This document shows, one piece after another, positions 54,383 through 62,985 of a stretch of 64,000 nt of DNA. The notes under the pieces were generated by a model. That model worked only from the letters and a program-made list of their open reading frames with translations, did not search any database and was not told the DNA's origin. Position 1 is the first letter of the stretch; the number at the start of each line of letters is the position of its first letter. Source of the stretch: Acinetobacter phage vB_AbaSt_W16; the sequence record PP174317.1, one strand, 5' to 3'. A program made the position numbers and the translations under genes.

Positions 54383-55377
54383 TTCAATTTGTACTCCAAT
54401 TTAATTTGTTCAAGGTATACATCTTCAATAAATTTATCCCAAAATTTGGTGTCAACTTCTGCAGGCATACCATTTTTAGATGCTTCAATTGCTAAACGAT
54501 CAACATCTGAAATTGTATCTTCTAAAATTTCAGATACTTCTTTGAAACTCAATTTACCGAGTTTAATGTCTAAAAGTAATTTTGCATCTTTTAATGGATA
54601 TTGTAAATCGCCAGTTTTGTATATTTCTTGCAACTGGAATCCACCTCGAATCGCATGATGCATAGATTTCCAATCAACACCTTGATTTAATTCAGCTTGA
54701 CGCGCACGTGCGCCATATTTTTCCCATTGTTTTTTAATTGCGGATACAAATGACGCTAAGGATACAGTTAGTTGATGCTTTGCACCTAATACTTCATAAA
54801 ATACTTGACCTGTATCTTCATTTGTTACTGTAAAGCAATATTCATTTTGTGGAAGTTTATCAATTACACGATCTAATGTAAAAGACTTCCAACCATACGG
54901 CGAAGGTCGATCATATCCAACTTCTTCTTTTGATACAATTTCCCATACTTCTCGCAGCGCTGCCATACGAGTGCCTTTAATACCATATTTTGATGCTTGC
55001 TTTTTAACATAGCCCAAATACGCTTTCATATCAGTAGTATAGAAACGATGACGATTATTATAAATGAAATCCCATGGTTCCATATAGTCATAATCAATAA
55101 TATGTTGTGTATTAGAATGCAACATATCTAATGCAATTGTTTCACCTTTAACCGCCATTGCAATAAACTGTTTTAAAGAATACATTTCTTCGTCAACATC
55201 ATTTGCAGTATTTTTAACATTATCGCCTGCGGTATTATTTAAATAATGTTCAACAGGATTACCTAAGATCAAGTCTCGAGCACCTGGAATAAAAATACCT
55301 TTGATATCTGTATCACTTTCAGGTGTTTGTGTCCCATATAAAGCAGAACCAAACACAGTCTTCATAATTAAACGCAT
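54379..55377 (-). CDS. Nucleotidyltransferase-fold protein (minimal NTase / pol-beta superfamily), 332 aa
   Basis: Canonical signature FGSALYGTQTPESDTDIKGIF (hG[GS]...D.D), followed by a helical C-terminal domain. Confidence 0.7.
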   Translation of the reverse strand: MRLIMKTVFGSALYGTQTPESDTDIKGIFIPGARDLILGNPVEHYLNNTAGDNVKNTANDVDEEMYSLKQFIAMAVKGETIALDMLHSNTQHIIDYDYMEPWDFIYNNRHRFYTTDMKAYLGYVKKQASKYGIKGTRMAALREVWEIVSKEEVGYDRPSPYGWKSFTLDRVIDKLPQNEYCFTVTNEDTGQVFYEVLGAKHQLTVSLASFVSAIKKQWEKYGARARQAELNQGVDWKSMHHAIRGGFQLQEIYKTGDLQYPLKDAKLLLDIKLGKLSFKEVSEILEDTISDVDRLAIEASKNGMPAEVDTKFWDKFIEDVYLEQIKLEYKLK

Positions 55378-55478
55378 ATTATCTTACTCATTAAAAACAC
55401 AAAAACATGATACTGTAAATTATATTAAATGTACACCCTATAAATGAAAAAAGAGGAAAATAAATTTCCTCTTTTTAA

Positions 55479-55736
55479 TTAAATTGAAATACGAATATTA
55501 GCTCGCCAAACACCTGAAGAGTATTCAACACGGAATGGCAATTCATCACTAAACACTAATTCACCCGTAAATGGTCTAGATTTAACAGTTTTAATTGTTT
55601 TATCCGGCCAAATAAATTTCGCAACAGGTACTTTAAAAAATGAGTCCATTTCAACTTCAGCACGAAATTGTACTCGCTCACCTTCTACCCAATAATAATT
55701 GGTGTGTTTTAGATCAATTATTGGTAATTCAGACAT
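55479..55736 (-). CDS. Hypothetical protein (about 85 aa)
   Basis: AAGGA RBS before MSELPIIDL. Confidence 0.45.
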   Translation of the reverse strand: MSELPIIDLKHTNYYWVEGERVQFRAEVEMDSFFKVPVAKFIWPDKTIKTVKSRPFTGELVFSDELPFRVEYSSGVWRANIRISI

Positions 55737-55737
55737 T

Positions 55738-56217
55738 TTAATCCTTAAATGTAATTTTTGGACAAATTTTAGAGTGCTTTGCATGCAAATATTTAATTAC
55801 AATATTATCAGATTGTTTAATTGTATCTGTAATAGAAGCACTACCTTTATTTAGCCACCATTTATGAATAATATGTAATACTAAAAACATACCACATACA
55901 ATTCCAAAAGCTGCAGCACAAGCAAATGCAATGCCTAAGGCGCCCAAAATTGCTAAAACCGGATACCAACCCCAATGATTAAGATGTTGAGATTGATCAA
56001 AAAATAAATTTAATGCATATTTTTGTTCAAGCCCTGCAGCCATACCTAAACCTACTGCTGAACATATAAACACACCAAATACAACTAATGCTATAATAAC
56101 TAGCAATCGCCATGTTAATGCACGAATATATGGACATAAATTTTCCGGAACTGGTTTAAATGAAGGCAAAAACGTTTTAATAAGTGAATAATGCCATGAT
56201 GTTTTACTAATATTCAT
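55738..56217 (-). CDS. Polytopic membrane protein (159 aa)
   Basis: 4 predicted TM helices. Confidence 0.55.
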   Translation of the reverse strand: MNISKTSWHYSLIKTFLPSFKPVPENLCPYIRALTWRLLVIIALVVFGVFICSAVGLGMAAGLEQKYALNLFFDQSQHLNHWGWYPVLAILGALGIAFACAAAFGIVCGMFLVLHIIHKWWLNKGSASITDTIKQSDNIVIKYLHAKHSKICPKITFKD

Positions 56218-56222
56218 AATAA

Positions 56223-56489
56223 TTACCTCAATTGCGAATCTTTACATCCGCGTCTATTAACATATGATAACACTTGTTTATCATAAACGGCTTGACAATT
56301 TATACAATATTGTACACCTTTTACGGCGAGTCGTCTACCCAATGGAATCACCGCGTCACAATCTTCGCATAATTCATTTGATTCTCTTTTCGATGCCAAC
56401 TCTAGTTCAAGACGTGCCCAATCTACTGCATCATCAATAGTGGCTTGATTAGTTTCAAAAACACCATCATTTGGGCCCCAGCCGTTCAT
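56223..56489 (-). CDS. DksA/TraR-family C4 zinc-finger protein
   Basis: CEDCDAVIP...YCINCQ pattern; 88 aa. Confidence 0.75.
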   Translation of the reverse strand: MNGWGPNDGVFETNQATIDDAVDWARLELELASKRESNELCEDCDAVIPLGRRLAVKGVQYCINCQAVYDKQVLSYVNRRGCKDSQLR

Positions 56490-56521
56490 AATAAATTACT
56501 CATCACTATAAAGTAAGAATA

Positions 56522-56824
56522 TTATAATGAAGTTTTAATTATTTGTACACTCTTTTTAGGTTTAATTTCAACATTTTTCTCCTTTACGTATTGTTTACCT
56601 GTATTATACCCAGCCACCGAACAATTTTGGGTACATTCGTTAGAAGACCATTTTGCTTGCAAAAAAGAATAGAAACGTTCTGATTCTGCTTTGCTAGGTT
56701 TTTTAAATTGCGAATAAACTTCTAGGGCACCTTCGACAAAGTTATTAAACTCTTTGTCATTTGCTTGTGCCGCAGAAGACATTAGACATAGTATAAATGC
56801 ACACAATAATAAAATAGATTTCAT
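56522..56824 (-). CDS. Secreted protein (signal peptide, 100 aa)
   Basis: MKSILLLCAFILCLMSSAAQA. Confidence 0.55.
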   Translation of the reverse strand: MKSILLLCAFILCLMSSAAQANDKEFNNFVEGALEVYSQFKKPSKAESERFYSFLQAKWSSNECTQNCSVAGYNTGKQYVKEKNVEIKPKKSVQIIKTSL

Positions 56825-57120
56825 TGATACTCTCCTCTATGAGGGTTCAACTGCAAGCATGTACTCATAAATCTTTGATCAAAATTATTATAAATCCATG
56901 CTAATTTTACAACATTATTGCGGTCAACAGTAGATTCATAATCCGATCTAATGCCCCGTAAAATTTTACGATTTGGGCAAAGCTGTGAGTTGTATACCCT
57001 ATAAGAAAACGCTAAAGAGTCCACTTCGCGTTCATATGTTTTTGTTTTTATTGTAGGAATGTTATAAATCCCAATTCCAATTGCTGTTATTACAACAAGT
57101 GATAATGTAATTTTTTTCAT
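56821..57120 (-). CDS. Secreted or membrane-anchored protein (99 aa)
   Basis: N-terminal hydrophobic segment; coupled. Confidence 0.5.
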   Translation of the reverse strand: MKKITLSLVVITAIGIGIYNIPTIKTKTYEREVDSLAFSYRVYNSQLCPNRKILRGIRSDYESTVDRNNVVKLAWIYNNFDQRFMSTCLQLNPHRGEYQ

Positions 57121-57551
57121 TATTTTTGCTCTGGCAATGGCCCTGCATTTTCAAATTTATATGTAACATGCTCATTTGCAGTGTCCCAAACTCGAAAAAA
57201 CATTGGACGTTTACAATCTATGAATAGATTGTCCATCTGATCCCTAGATGGGATGTCTATAAGTGAAGTACCTGAAATAGCCCCGGTGGTATTAATACCA
57301 CATGTACGCATATTAAAAATACCGTAACGTACTACTTGTCTAACTCCCTTTGAATTGATAAATGATATACCAAAGTTATCACTATCTCTATCATATACAA
57401 TTTCAGCAAAGGGCATTAATACGGCTGTTGGCTTAGACTGATCTATTTTTGTGCCATATATTGCATATAATGATGGGGTTAATTGTTCCCAGGCAAAAAC
57501 GCCTGGGCTTACTAAGAAAAGTAGGCTAAGTAAAACAGCCTTTATTTTCAT
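57120..57551 (-). CDS. Secreted protein (143 aa)
   Basis: Signal peptide MKIKAVLLSLLFLVSPGVFA. Confidence 0.55.
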   Translation of the reverse strand: MKIKAVLLSLLFLVSPGVFAWEQLTPSLYAIYGTKIDQSKPTAVLMPFAEIVYDRDSDNFGISFINSKGVRQVVRYGIFNMRTCGINTTGAISGTSLIDIPSRDQMDNLFIDCKRPMFFRVWDTANEHVTYKFENAGPLPEQK

Positions 57552-57877
57552 CTGTCTAAAAGTCCTGTAATGTATTTTAACATTAATTGGTTTCTATAAG
57601 TATCACAAATTTTTCTGTCTTCTGCATGTTCACAGAAAGTTTGTAATGTTTTAGCTTTCCGATTAATTAATGTTCCGATTGAAGCCGGGTCTCTTTCATT
57701 TAAACCGAGATAATACATCCCATCTAATTGAATTGAGACCAGATCTGAACATTCTTTATCAATCGAACAAACCATACTTGCAGCTTTTGATGTTTGTTTA
57801 TCCGATGCCGTATTTTGAGCATACACAGGCATTGAAATAATCATGCAGAACACTGCAATTATGTTGATAAGTTTCAT
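57548..57877 (-). CDS. Secreted protein (109 aa, 4 Cys)
   Basis: Signal peptide MKLINIIAVFCMIISMPVYA. Confidence 0.55.
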   Translation of the reverse strand: MKLINIIAVFCMIISMPVYAQNTASDKQTSKAASMVCSIDKECSDLVSIQLDGMYYLGLNERDPASIGTLINRKAKTLQTFCEHAEDRKICDTYRNQLMLKYITGLLDR

Positions 57878-58401
57878 TATTCAACCTTTAAAATGTTGTT
57901 GTCTTTAAGATAATTTGCTTTCTTGATTACACTACGGGAATAACCTGCACCTTTGTGCGTAGCCCAGCCTGCATTATAAGACGCTAAAGCCTTTTCTAAA
58001 TTGCCATTGTGTGTTTTTAACCAATACTGCATTTCTACTCTTGCCCAATGGGCCGAGGTATTATGATTTTGGAGTTCTTTCGTGATTTGAGCACGAGATT
58101 TATTTACTCCATCTTTAGCCATTCTAGACTTTACTGTCGTGACCAAGTTTTGATATTGACCGGCAGCATGTTTGCCTGTTCCGCAGTTGATTCCCGCGCT
58201 GGTCTCTTGCCACATAACTGCGGCCATGATGTACCCAAAATCAACTCGTGAACCGTTAAATTTTAATGGTTTTGAATGACCATAATGATATGCCTTTTGC
58301 ATATTTTTAATTTGTTGTGGGCTAAAATCTGGTTTAGCCGCATGCAACATGGGCGAAATTGCTAATGCTAACATTAGTAAAAAATACTTAAAATACTTCA
58401 T
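57877..58401 (-). CDS. Secreted soluble lytic transglycosylase (SLT domain) protein
   Basis: Signal peptide; MWQETSAGIN (catalytic E-S) and ASYNAGW SLT motifs. Confidence 0.7.
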   Translation of the reverse strand: MKYFKYFLLMLALAISPMLHAAKPDFSPQQIKNMQKAYHYGHSKPLKFNGSRVDFGYIMAAVMWQETSAGINCGTGKHAAGQYQNLVTTVKSRMAKDGVNKSRAQITKELQNHNTSAHWARVEMQYWLKTHNGNLEKALASYNAGWATHKGAGYSRSVIKKANYLKDNNILKVE

Positions 58402-58516
58402 AGGAATCTCCTGCTCGTTTGAGCTTGTTTCATTTACGCTATGCGCATCCTTCTTAATGATAGGTTAAATGTATTTAATACAATATAGGGTTAAATATTG
58501 TATCACACCATAATAA

Positions 58517-58547
58517 AAAAGGGAACTAATTTGTTCCCTTTTTTTCT
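58517..58547. terminator. Hairpin GGGAAC-taattt-GTTCCC followed by a T-run
   Basis: Overlaps the last codons of the GIY-YIG gene. Confidence 0.55.
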
Positions 58548-58966
58548 TTTGCCTTTCGGCGTCCTTCCAACATACGAGTGTGCCAAAATTTATAAAATTC
58601 TGGGTCTTGCAATTTCTCTTGGAGGACTTGTGACGCTTTAATATTGCGTTCACGAATTAATTCAGTTGAATTGGTGGCATTTACATAATCGAACCCACCA
58701 AGGCCACCTAATTTAATGTTATATGAGTTCGGATTTGAGACCAAATCGGCATCGACTAGCTCCTTTTCGTGTTCATACATTGCATCTTGGGTATCGTGAT
58801 ATTTTAGAATTTCTTTTGTGAAATTATGAATACCATATTTTTTAATTGCCCGTTTAATAATTGTACCTGAGCCCATATAACCATCATCTAAATTGGATGT
58901 TTTATGAGCCCCGATATAAAAATGACCATTAACGTTGTTAGTGATCTTGTATGTGTAATAAAACAT
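58526..58966 (-). CDS. GIY-YIG homing endonuclease (Seg-like), 146 aa
   Basis: YYTYKITNNVNGHFYIGAHKT...R...E...N GIY-YIG core; sits beside the tRNA region like T4 segB. Confidence 0.75.
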   Translation of the reverse strand: MFYYTYKITNNVNGHFYIGAHKTSNLDDGYMGSGTIIKRAIKKYGIHNFTKEILKYHDTQDAMYEHEKELVDADLVSNPNSYNIKLGGLGGFDYVNATNSTELIRERNIKASQVLQEKLQDPEFYKFWHTRMLEGRRKAKEKKGTN

Positions 58967-59016
58967 CTTTCCACTTTACAAAACCTTAATAATAGTATTT
59001 ATAAAGTGGAATGGTC

Positions 59017-59364
59017 TTATTTCATACGAGCGTATCCGTTTTTCTTAATATAGCGTAAAACTTCAGTTCGATATTTAGATTTAACCTGATCTGTAACGTC
59101 TTTGCCATTACTATTAATAATGCGCCACATTTCATTTTGTTTAACATACGCAAACCCAAAACGATTATGCAAGGCTTCTCGAGAAATAGCCAAAAATAAG
59201 CCTACCATATCAAATTCATATCGAATTGAACTTTGAGGCGAATCCTCTTGGATTTTAAGCCAATACTGGGCAAGTCGAGTTGTACTTCGATTTGAGTCAA
59301 AATATGACCAAGCGCAAAGACATAATAAAAGTACAAAAGCTGAAATTAAAATACATGCTACCAT
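59017..59364 (-). CDS. Hypothetical protein with an N-terminal TM segment (115 aa)
   Basis: ORF. Confidence 0.5.
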   Translation of the reverse strand: MVACILISAFVLLLCLCAWSYFDSNRSTTRLAQYWLKIQEDSPQSSIRYEFDMVGLFLAISREALHNRFGFAYVKQNEMWRIINSNGKDVTDQVKSKYRTEVLRYIKKNGYARMK

Positions 59365-59365
59365 A

Positions 59366-59626
59366 TCATTCTCCCAATGATGCCAACCATTCTTGATGGT
59401 TTATTTCTGATTGAATTGCGATTGCTTCAGATAAAAGTTCTTTTATTTCATCTACATCCGCATTATCTTCCCCTGTTACCCAAAAAGTACTCACGCAACC
59501 AAGTTCTGTGCCAAGTTCTTTTATTACATTAATGACAGTGCTTACGTTATTATCAAAATATGGAATGAGATAGTTGTAATGATCTGTTGATTCGGTAACT
59601 AAATGTATTGCTACAAATAATTTCAT
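59366..59626 (-). CDS. Hypothetical protein (86 aa)
   Basis: ORF. Confidence 0.5.
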   Translation of the reverse strand: MKLFVAIHLVTESTDHYNYLIPYFDNNVSTVINVIKELGTELGCVSTFWVTGEDNADVDEIKELLSEAIAIQSEINHQEWLASLGE

Positions 59627-60087
59627 TAGGTTATCTCCATTAATGACAGCATACGATAATCGCGCTGAATGTCAAATAAGAACATACCACTCAATGAACT
59701 AATAGTACCATGATGTTCTAAAATACCTACAGATACTTTTAGATCACGCAAATTTATATATTTTACCAAATATCGACCATATGCAATTGATTTCATTGAT
59801 TCTTTATCAAAGCTCTTAGGCATATTGAAAATAGTCTGTTCACCCAATTCAATGTTAAATTGACAGTTGTATTCAGCAATAACTTCTTTAATATACCATC
59901 TATAGATTTTGAACCCATCTACAACAAATTCAATATCAGTATTTTTAACTGTAACTTGGGCAGAAACAATTTCATTCGCTTGTTCGTGAGTATCATCAAA
60001 TACAATTTTAAAAGATACTCCAGGCACTTTTAAAAGATTTGAAATTTTCCACCAATCACTTGGCGATATTGATGTTTTAATAACCAT
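59626..60087 (-). CDS. Hypothetical protein (153 aa)
   Basis: ORF. Confidence 0.55.
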   Translation of the reverse strand: MVIKTSISPSDWWKISNLLKVPGVSFKIVFDDTHEQANEIVSAQVTVKNTDIEFVVDGFKIYRWYIKEVIAEYNCQFNIELGEQTIFNMPKSFDKESMKSIAYGRYLVKYINLRDLKVSVGILEHHGTISSLSGMFLFDIQRDYRMLSLMEIT

Positions 60088-60274
60088 TCCATAATCCCGA
60101 TAAACTTAAACATAAACACGTACAACCTATAATAAATGGTATCGGTTTAAATTTATATGTCGACTGTGTACAAAAAATATACAAACCGTCAATTATTAAA
60201 GATAGGCCTACAAAACAACCTATAATATAACCTAATACATTTACATCCATAATTACATCGCCTTTAATGCGCAA
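60077..60274 (-). CDS. Small membrane protein (65 aa, 2 TM)
   Basis: ORF. Confidence 0.45.
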   Translation of the reverse strand: MRIKGDVIMDVNVLGYIIGCFVGLSLIIDGLYIFCTQSTYKFKPIPFIIGCTCLCLSLSGLWNGY

Positions 60275-60876
60275 AAGTCTACAGCTTCAACAAACTCTTT
60301 GTCATTTTTAATTTCAATATTTGCTGCAGCACATGCTGGTAACGCTTTTTGAAATGCAGGATCATCTCTATATGATTTATCTTCGCCGGCAATAGCAGGT
60401 AATTCGTTTTCAAAATCATCGACATCATTAAACCCTGCAATCTCAGACTCATTTAATTCGAGACCTACATTTTCACGTGGCAATTGAACTCGATCTTTTT
60501 CAGGAATAATCGGATAAGGTTTTAATGTTTCATCAACACATTTTTCAACTTTAACTTGATACTCTTGTAATACAGTTGCGCCGTAATCACTAGACATATC
60601 AATATTTTTCAGTAAGTTTTCAAATTTAGAATTACATACGGCAATAGCTTTAAATGCAATTGAACCATATAATTCTGCGGCTTTATATTCGGCTTCAGTT
60701 TCAAGAGAAAAATTTGTATTAACAGTTGTATGCTCTTGAAGATTTTTTACACCATATTGCATTTCGTTAACAGTAGGAGCTGCTGTAGCTTCTTTATGTG
60801 TACTACATCCAACTAAGCTTAAAGATGCGATTGAAATAGCTAAAAGTAATTTGTTCATGATTATCTCACAATACAT
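60253..60876 (-). CDS. Lipoprotein (about 200 aa; lipobox LVGC)
   Basis: MNKLLLAISIASLSLVGCSTHKE. Confidence 0.6.
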   Translation of the reverse strand: MYCEIIMNKLLLAISIASLSLVGCSTHKEATAAPTVNEMQYGVKNLQEHTTVNTNFSLETEAEYKAAELYGSIAFKAIAVCNSKFENLLKNIDMSSDYGATVLQEYQVKVEKCVDETLKPYPIIPEKDRVQLPRENVGLELNESEIAGFNDVDDFENELPAIAGEDKSYRDDPAFQKALPACAAANIEIKNDKEFVEAVDFCALKAM

Positions 60877-60987
60877 TTATTCATTCATTGGTGCTATTAT
60901 ATAAGCAAAAAATTAAAAGCGTACATATATCAAATGTAAACTTTTGTAACCGAAAAATAATTCAATTATTTTTCAATAAAGGGTTTA

Positions 60988-61017
60988 CAAGTCGGTTGAA
61001 CTGAGCCATAATACACT
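60988..61017 (+). promoter_or_regulatory. T4 early-type promoter GTTTAC-N18-CATAAT for the plus-strand gene
   Basis: gGGTTTACaagtcggttgaactgagcCATAATac, 30 nt upstream of the ATG at 61046. Confidence 0.5.
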
Positions 61018-61045
61018 CATACCAACACAACATGAGTAAATTGAA

Positions 61046-61465
61046 ATGAAAAACTTATTTTTAGTAATGACTGCAAACTTCGAAGTTTCTTATGTATCTA
61101 CTGCACCGGTTGCAGATAATGGAGCTGAAATTGTTGTACGTCAAGATATTCTTAAACATCTTAGTGTTACACAATTGGTTCAAATCGCTAAAAGCATGAA
61201 CCCTGAATTAAAAGTTAATAATAAACAAGCGCGTGAAATCATTCTTGCCGCTATTGATGAAGAAATTGTTAAAATCCCAGTTAAATCGACTGAAACTAAA
61301 ACAGTATCTTCTAAATCAATTTGTTATGCGGCATTTGATTTAATCGATATGGATAATAAAGAAGTTGCACGTTCTACTGTTGAAGCTTTGATTACAGAGC
61401 ACAATATTCCAAAACGTGTTGTTCAATCTTATGCATCAAACTATCGTAAAGCTAAACGCGCATAA
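61046..61465 (+). CDS. Hypothetical protein (139 aa); the only plus-strand gene in the window
   Basis: ORF with GAGTAAA-type RBS; followed by a terminator. Confidence 0.6.
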   Translation: MKNLFLVMTANFEVSYVSTAPVADNGAEIVVRQDILKHLSVTQLVQIAKSMNPELKVNNKQAREIILAAIDEEIVKIPVKSTETKTVSSKSICYAAFDLIDMDNKEVARSTVEALITEHNIPKRVVQSYASNYRKAKRA

Positions 61466-61480
61466 AATTTAAGTATGAAA

Positions 61481-61508
61481 AAACCCGCAAATTGCGGGTT
61501 TTCTTTTA
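61481..61508. terminator. Bidirectional terminator CCCGCAA-tt-TTGCGGG with flanking A and T runs
   Basis: aaaaaaCCCGCaaattGCGGGttttctttt sits between convergent genes. Confidence 0.7.
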
Positions 61509-61600
61509 TTTGGCGGAAAGCAGTGTAGTCGAAACACAACCGATTTAACGGTCCACTCGGTTAGCAGTCGGTGCCAATGACCTCATTGATTTACTTTCCA

Positions 61601-61831
61601 TTATTGAATTACTGCAGTAGGTGTATAAAAATTAGATAATACACTTAAAATCTTATCTAATTCAACTAATGCATGATATCGATTTTTATAAACTGATCTA
61701 TGTTCGGTACATTCAACTTTGATACCAGTTGAAATATGAGTAACTCGAACACCTCTATCGGGCGTATTAACCCAATTACTATGTTTGCCTACTCTAAATG
61801 TATCAATTCTAATATCAGAAGGTAGTAGCAT
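61601..61831 (-). CDS. Release-factor-like (RF-1/ArfB-type domain) mini-protein with GGQ replaced by GKH
   Basis: RVGKHSNWVNTPDRGVRVTHISTGIKVECTEHRSVYKNRYHALVEL aligns to the class-I RF / ArfB catalytic domain (SG.GGQHVNKT.SAVRITH.PTGIVV.CQ.ERSQ.KN...A...L). The Q of GGQ is absent. Confidence 0.55.
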   Translation of the reverse strand: MLLPSDIRIDTFRVGKHSNWVNTPDRGVRVTHISTGIKVECTEHRSVYKNRYHALVELDKILSVLSNFYTPTAVIQ

Positions 61832-61859
61832 TTTAATTTCCTCATTTAAAAATACGAGC

Positions 61860-61957
61860 GGGAATCGAACCCGCTAGCGCCGTATGGTCTTACGCGAACC
61901 ATTCTTTCAATGGAATCGAACCATCTGCAGCCTCCGCCGGCACCTTCCACCAAGGTA
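61860..61957 (-). ncRNA. tRNA-like fragments: two tandem T-arm motifs (GATGG-TTCGATT-CCATT and GCGGG-TTCGATT-CCCGC) without a canonical acceptor stem
   Basis: Perfect T-stem-loops on the minus strand, but no complementary 5'/3' acceptor strands could be found; candidate pseudo-tRNA or small stable RNA. Confidence 0.25.
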
Positions 61958-62407
61958 TCAGGTAATAATATAAATTGGTTTTTGTGGTAATATCGTCTCT
62001 AAATTATCAATAGTTCGACGAATTTTTGCCATCAAGTTTTTATCAACAATTGCGTCAGGTCCAACATTAATAAAAACACGTTCGATTGTTTTAAGGGCAT
62101 CAAATCCACGTAAGGAATTTGCATTTCTATAACCAGTAGAAAAAATAAAACAATCTTGGCCCAAATCAGATTTAAAATTCCGTGCTGCAGGTAAAGACTG
62201 TGCAACATAAAGATCAGTATCTTTATTAAAAATTTCTAAAATATTTTTAGTACAATTAATAGGTGTGCACACATAAATCATACGATTGTAAATGGCATCT
62301 ATAGGTTTATACGTTATTGGAGTTGTGGTTGCAGCTTTCTCTTTTACCTTATGGCATGTAAGATCTAAAAATCGTTGTAACTCATTCATAACATTCCATC
62401 CAAACAT
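61958..62407 (-). CDS. Hypothetical protein (149 aa)
   Basis: ORF. Confidence 0.5.
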   Translation of the reverse strand: MFGWNVMNELQRFLDLTCHKVKEKAATTTPITYKPIDAIYNRMIYVCTPINCTKNILEIFNKDTDLYVAQSLPAARNFKSDLGQDCFIFSTGYRNANSLRGFDALKTIERVFINVGPDAIVDKNLMAKIRRTIDNLETILPQKPIYIIT

Positions 62408-62475
62408 AATAAAAAATTGCCCAGGTTGGTAAGTTCAACCTGGGTCTTACAAGTCCCTTTAGGGAACTATTTGGC

Positions 62476-62547
62476 GGCGTCGCCAAGGACTCGAACCCTG
62501 GATTGCGGATTTGGAATCCACCGTGTTTCCAACTACACTAACGACCC
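62476..62547 (-). tRNA. tRNA-Trp (anticodon CCA), candidate
   Basis: Hand-folded: acceptor GGGTCGT/GCGACGC (one G-G mismatch at 2:71), D-arm GTGT-AGTTGGAA-ACAC, anticodon arm GTGGA-TTCCAAA-TCCGC, T-arm CAGGG-TTCGAGT-CCTTG. Confidence 0.5.
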
Positions 62548-62787
62548 TTAAACTGCAAATGTGCCAGCATGAAATAATCTCAAACACAATATAAAACCTG
62601 TTGTCAACGCAGGAAAGCTTAATGGCATGTCACGATATAAATTGACAAGTGCATGCAAGCTGTTCTTTTTTAATTATATAGTAAGCACCAACAAATTGTG
62701 AAACGGTGGAATGAGTGAGGCAATTTGCTTTACTCAAGTACCTATACTTACTATAGTGTATATTCGTCTTACGAGAAATATACAAAT

Positions 62788-62864
62788 TGGTCTCCGTAGA
62801 ATGATTTGAACATTCGACACCTGCGTCCCAAACGCAGTGCTCTACCAGACTGAGCTATACGGAG
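62788..62864 (-). tRNA. tRNA-Pro (anticodon UGG)
   Basis: Clean cloverleaf: acceptor CTCCGTA/TACGGAG, D-arm GCTC-AGTCTGGTA-GAGC, anticodon arm CTGCG-TTTGGGA-CGCAG, T-arm GAATG-TTCAAAT-CATTC, discriminator A, encoded CCA. Confidence 0.85.
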
Positions 62865-62985
62865 TTAAATTGCCGTGAAATGTCCTTTTATACTTTCGAG
62901 CATTTCACCACTCAATAAGTAAATCTTGAAGCTTTATTTGTTTTACAAGAGGAAACTTCGTCCTGCTTATCAGGCAATTTAAAAA

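Noticed and set aside
58465-58653. 62-aa minus-strand ORF overlapping the end of the GIY-YIG gene and its terminator
   Set aside because: It is out of frame with the endonuclease gene and spans the terminator hairpin, so it is unlikely to be coding.
61510-61600. Possible tRNA-like sequence (GGCGGAAAGCAGTGTAGTCGAAACAC...) after the plus-strand gene
   Set aside because: No TTCRANT T-loop, no acceptor complementarity and no CCA on either strand. Treated as 3' UTR between convergent genes.
62580-62790. 210-bp spacer between the Trp and Pro tRNAs, checked for further tRNAs or a protein gene
   Set aside because: Only a 26-codon ORF and TTGACA-like hexamers without convincing -10 partners were found. 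It may hold processing sites or a small RNA but nothing could be supported.
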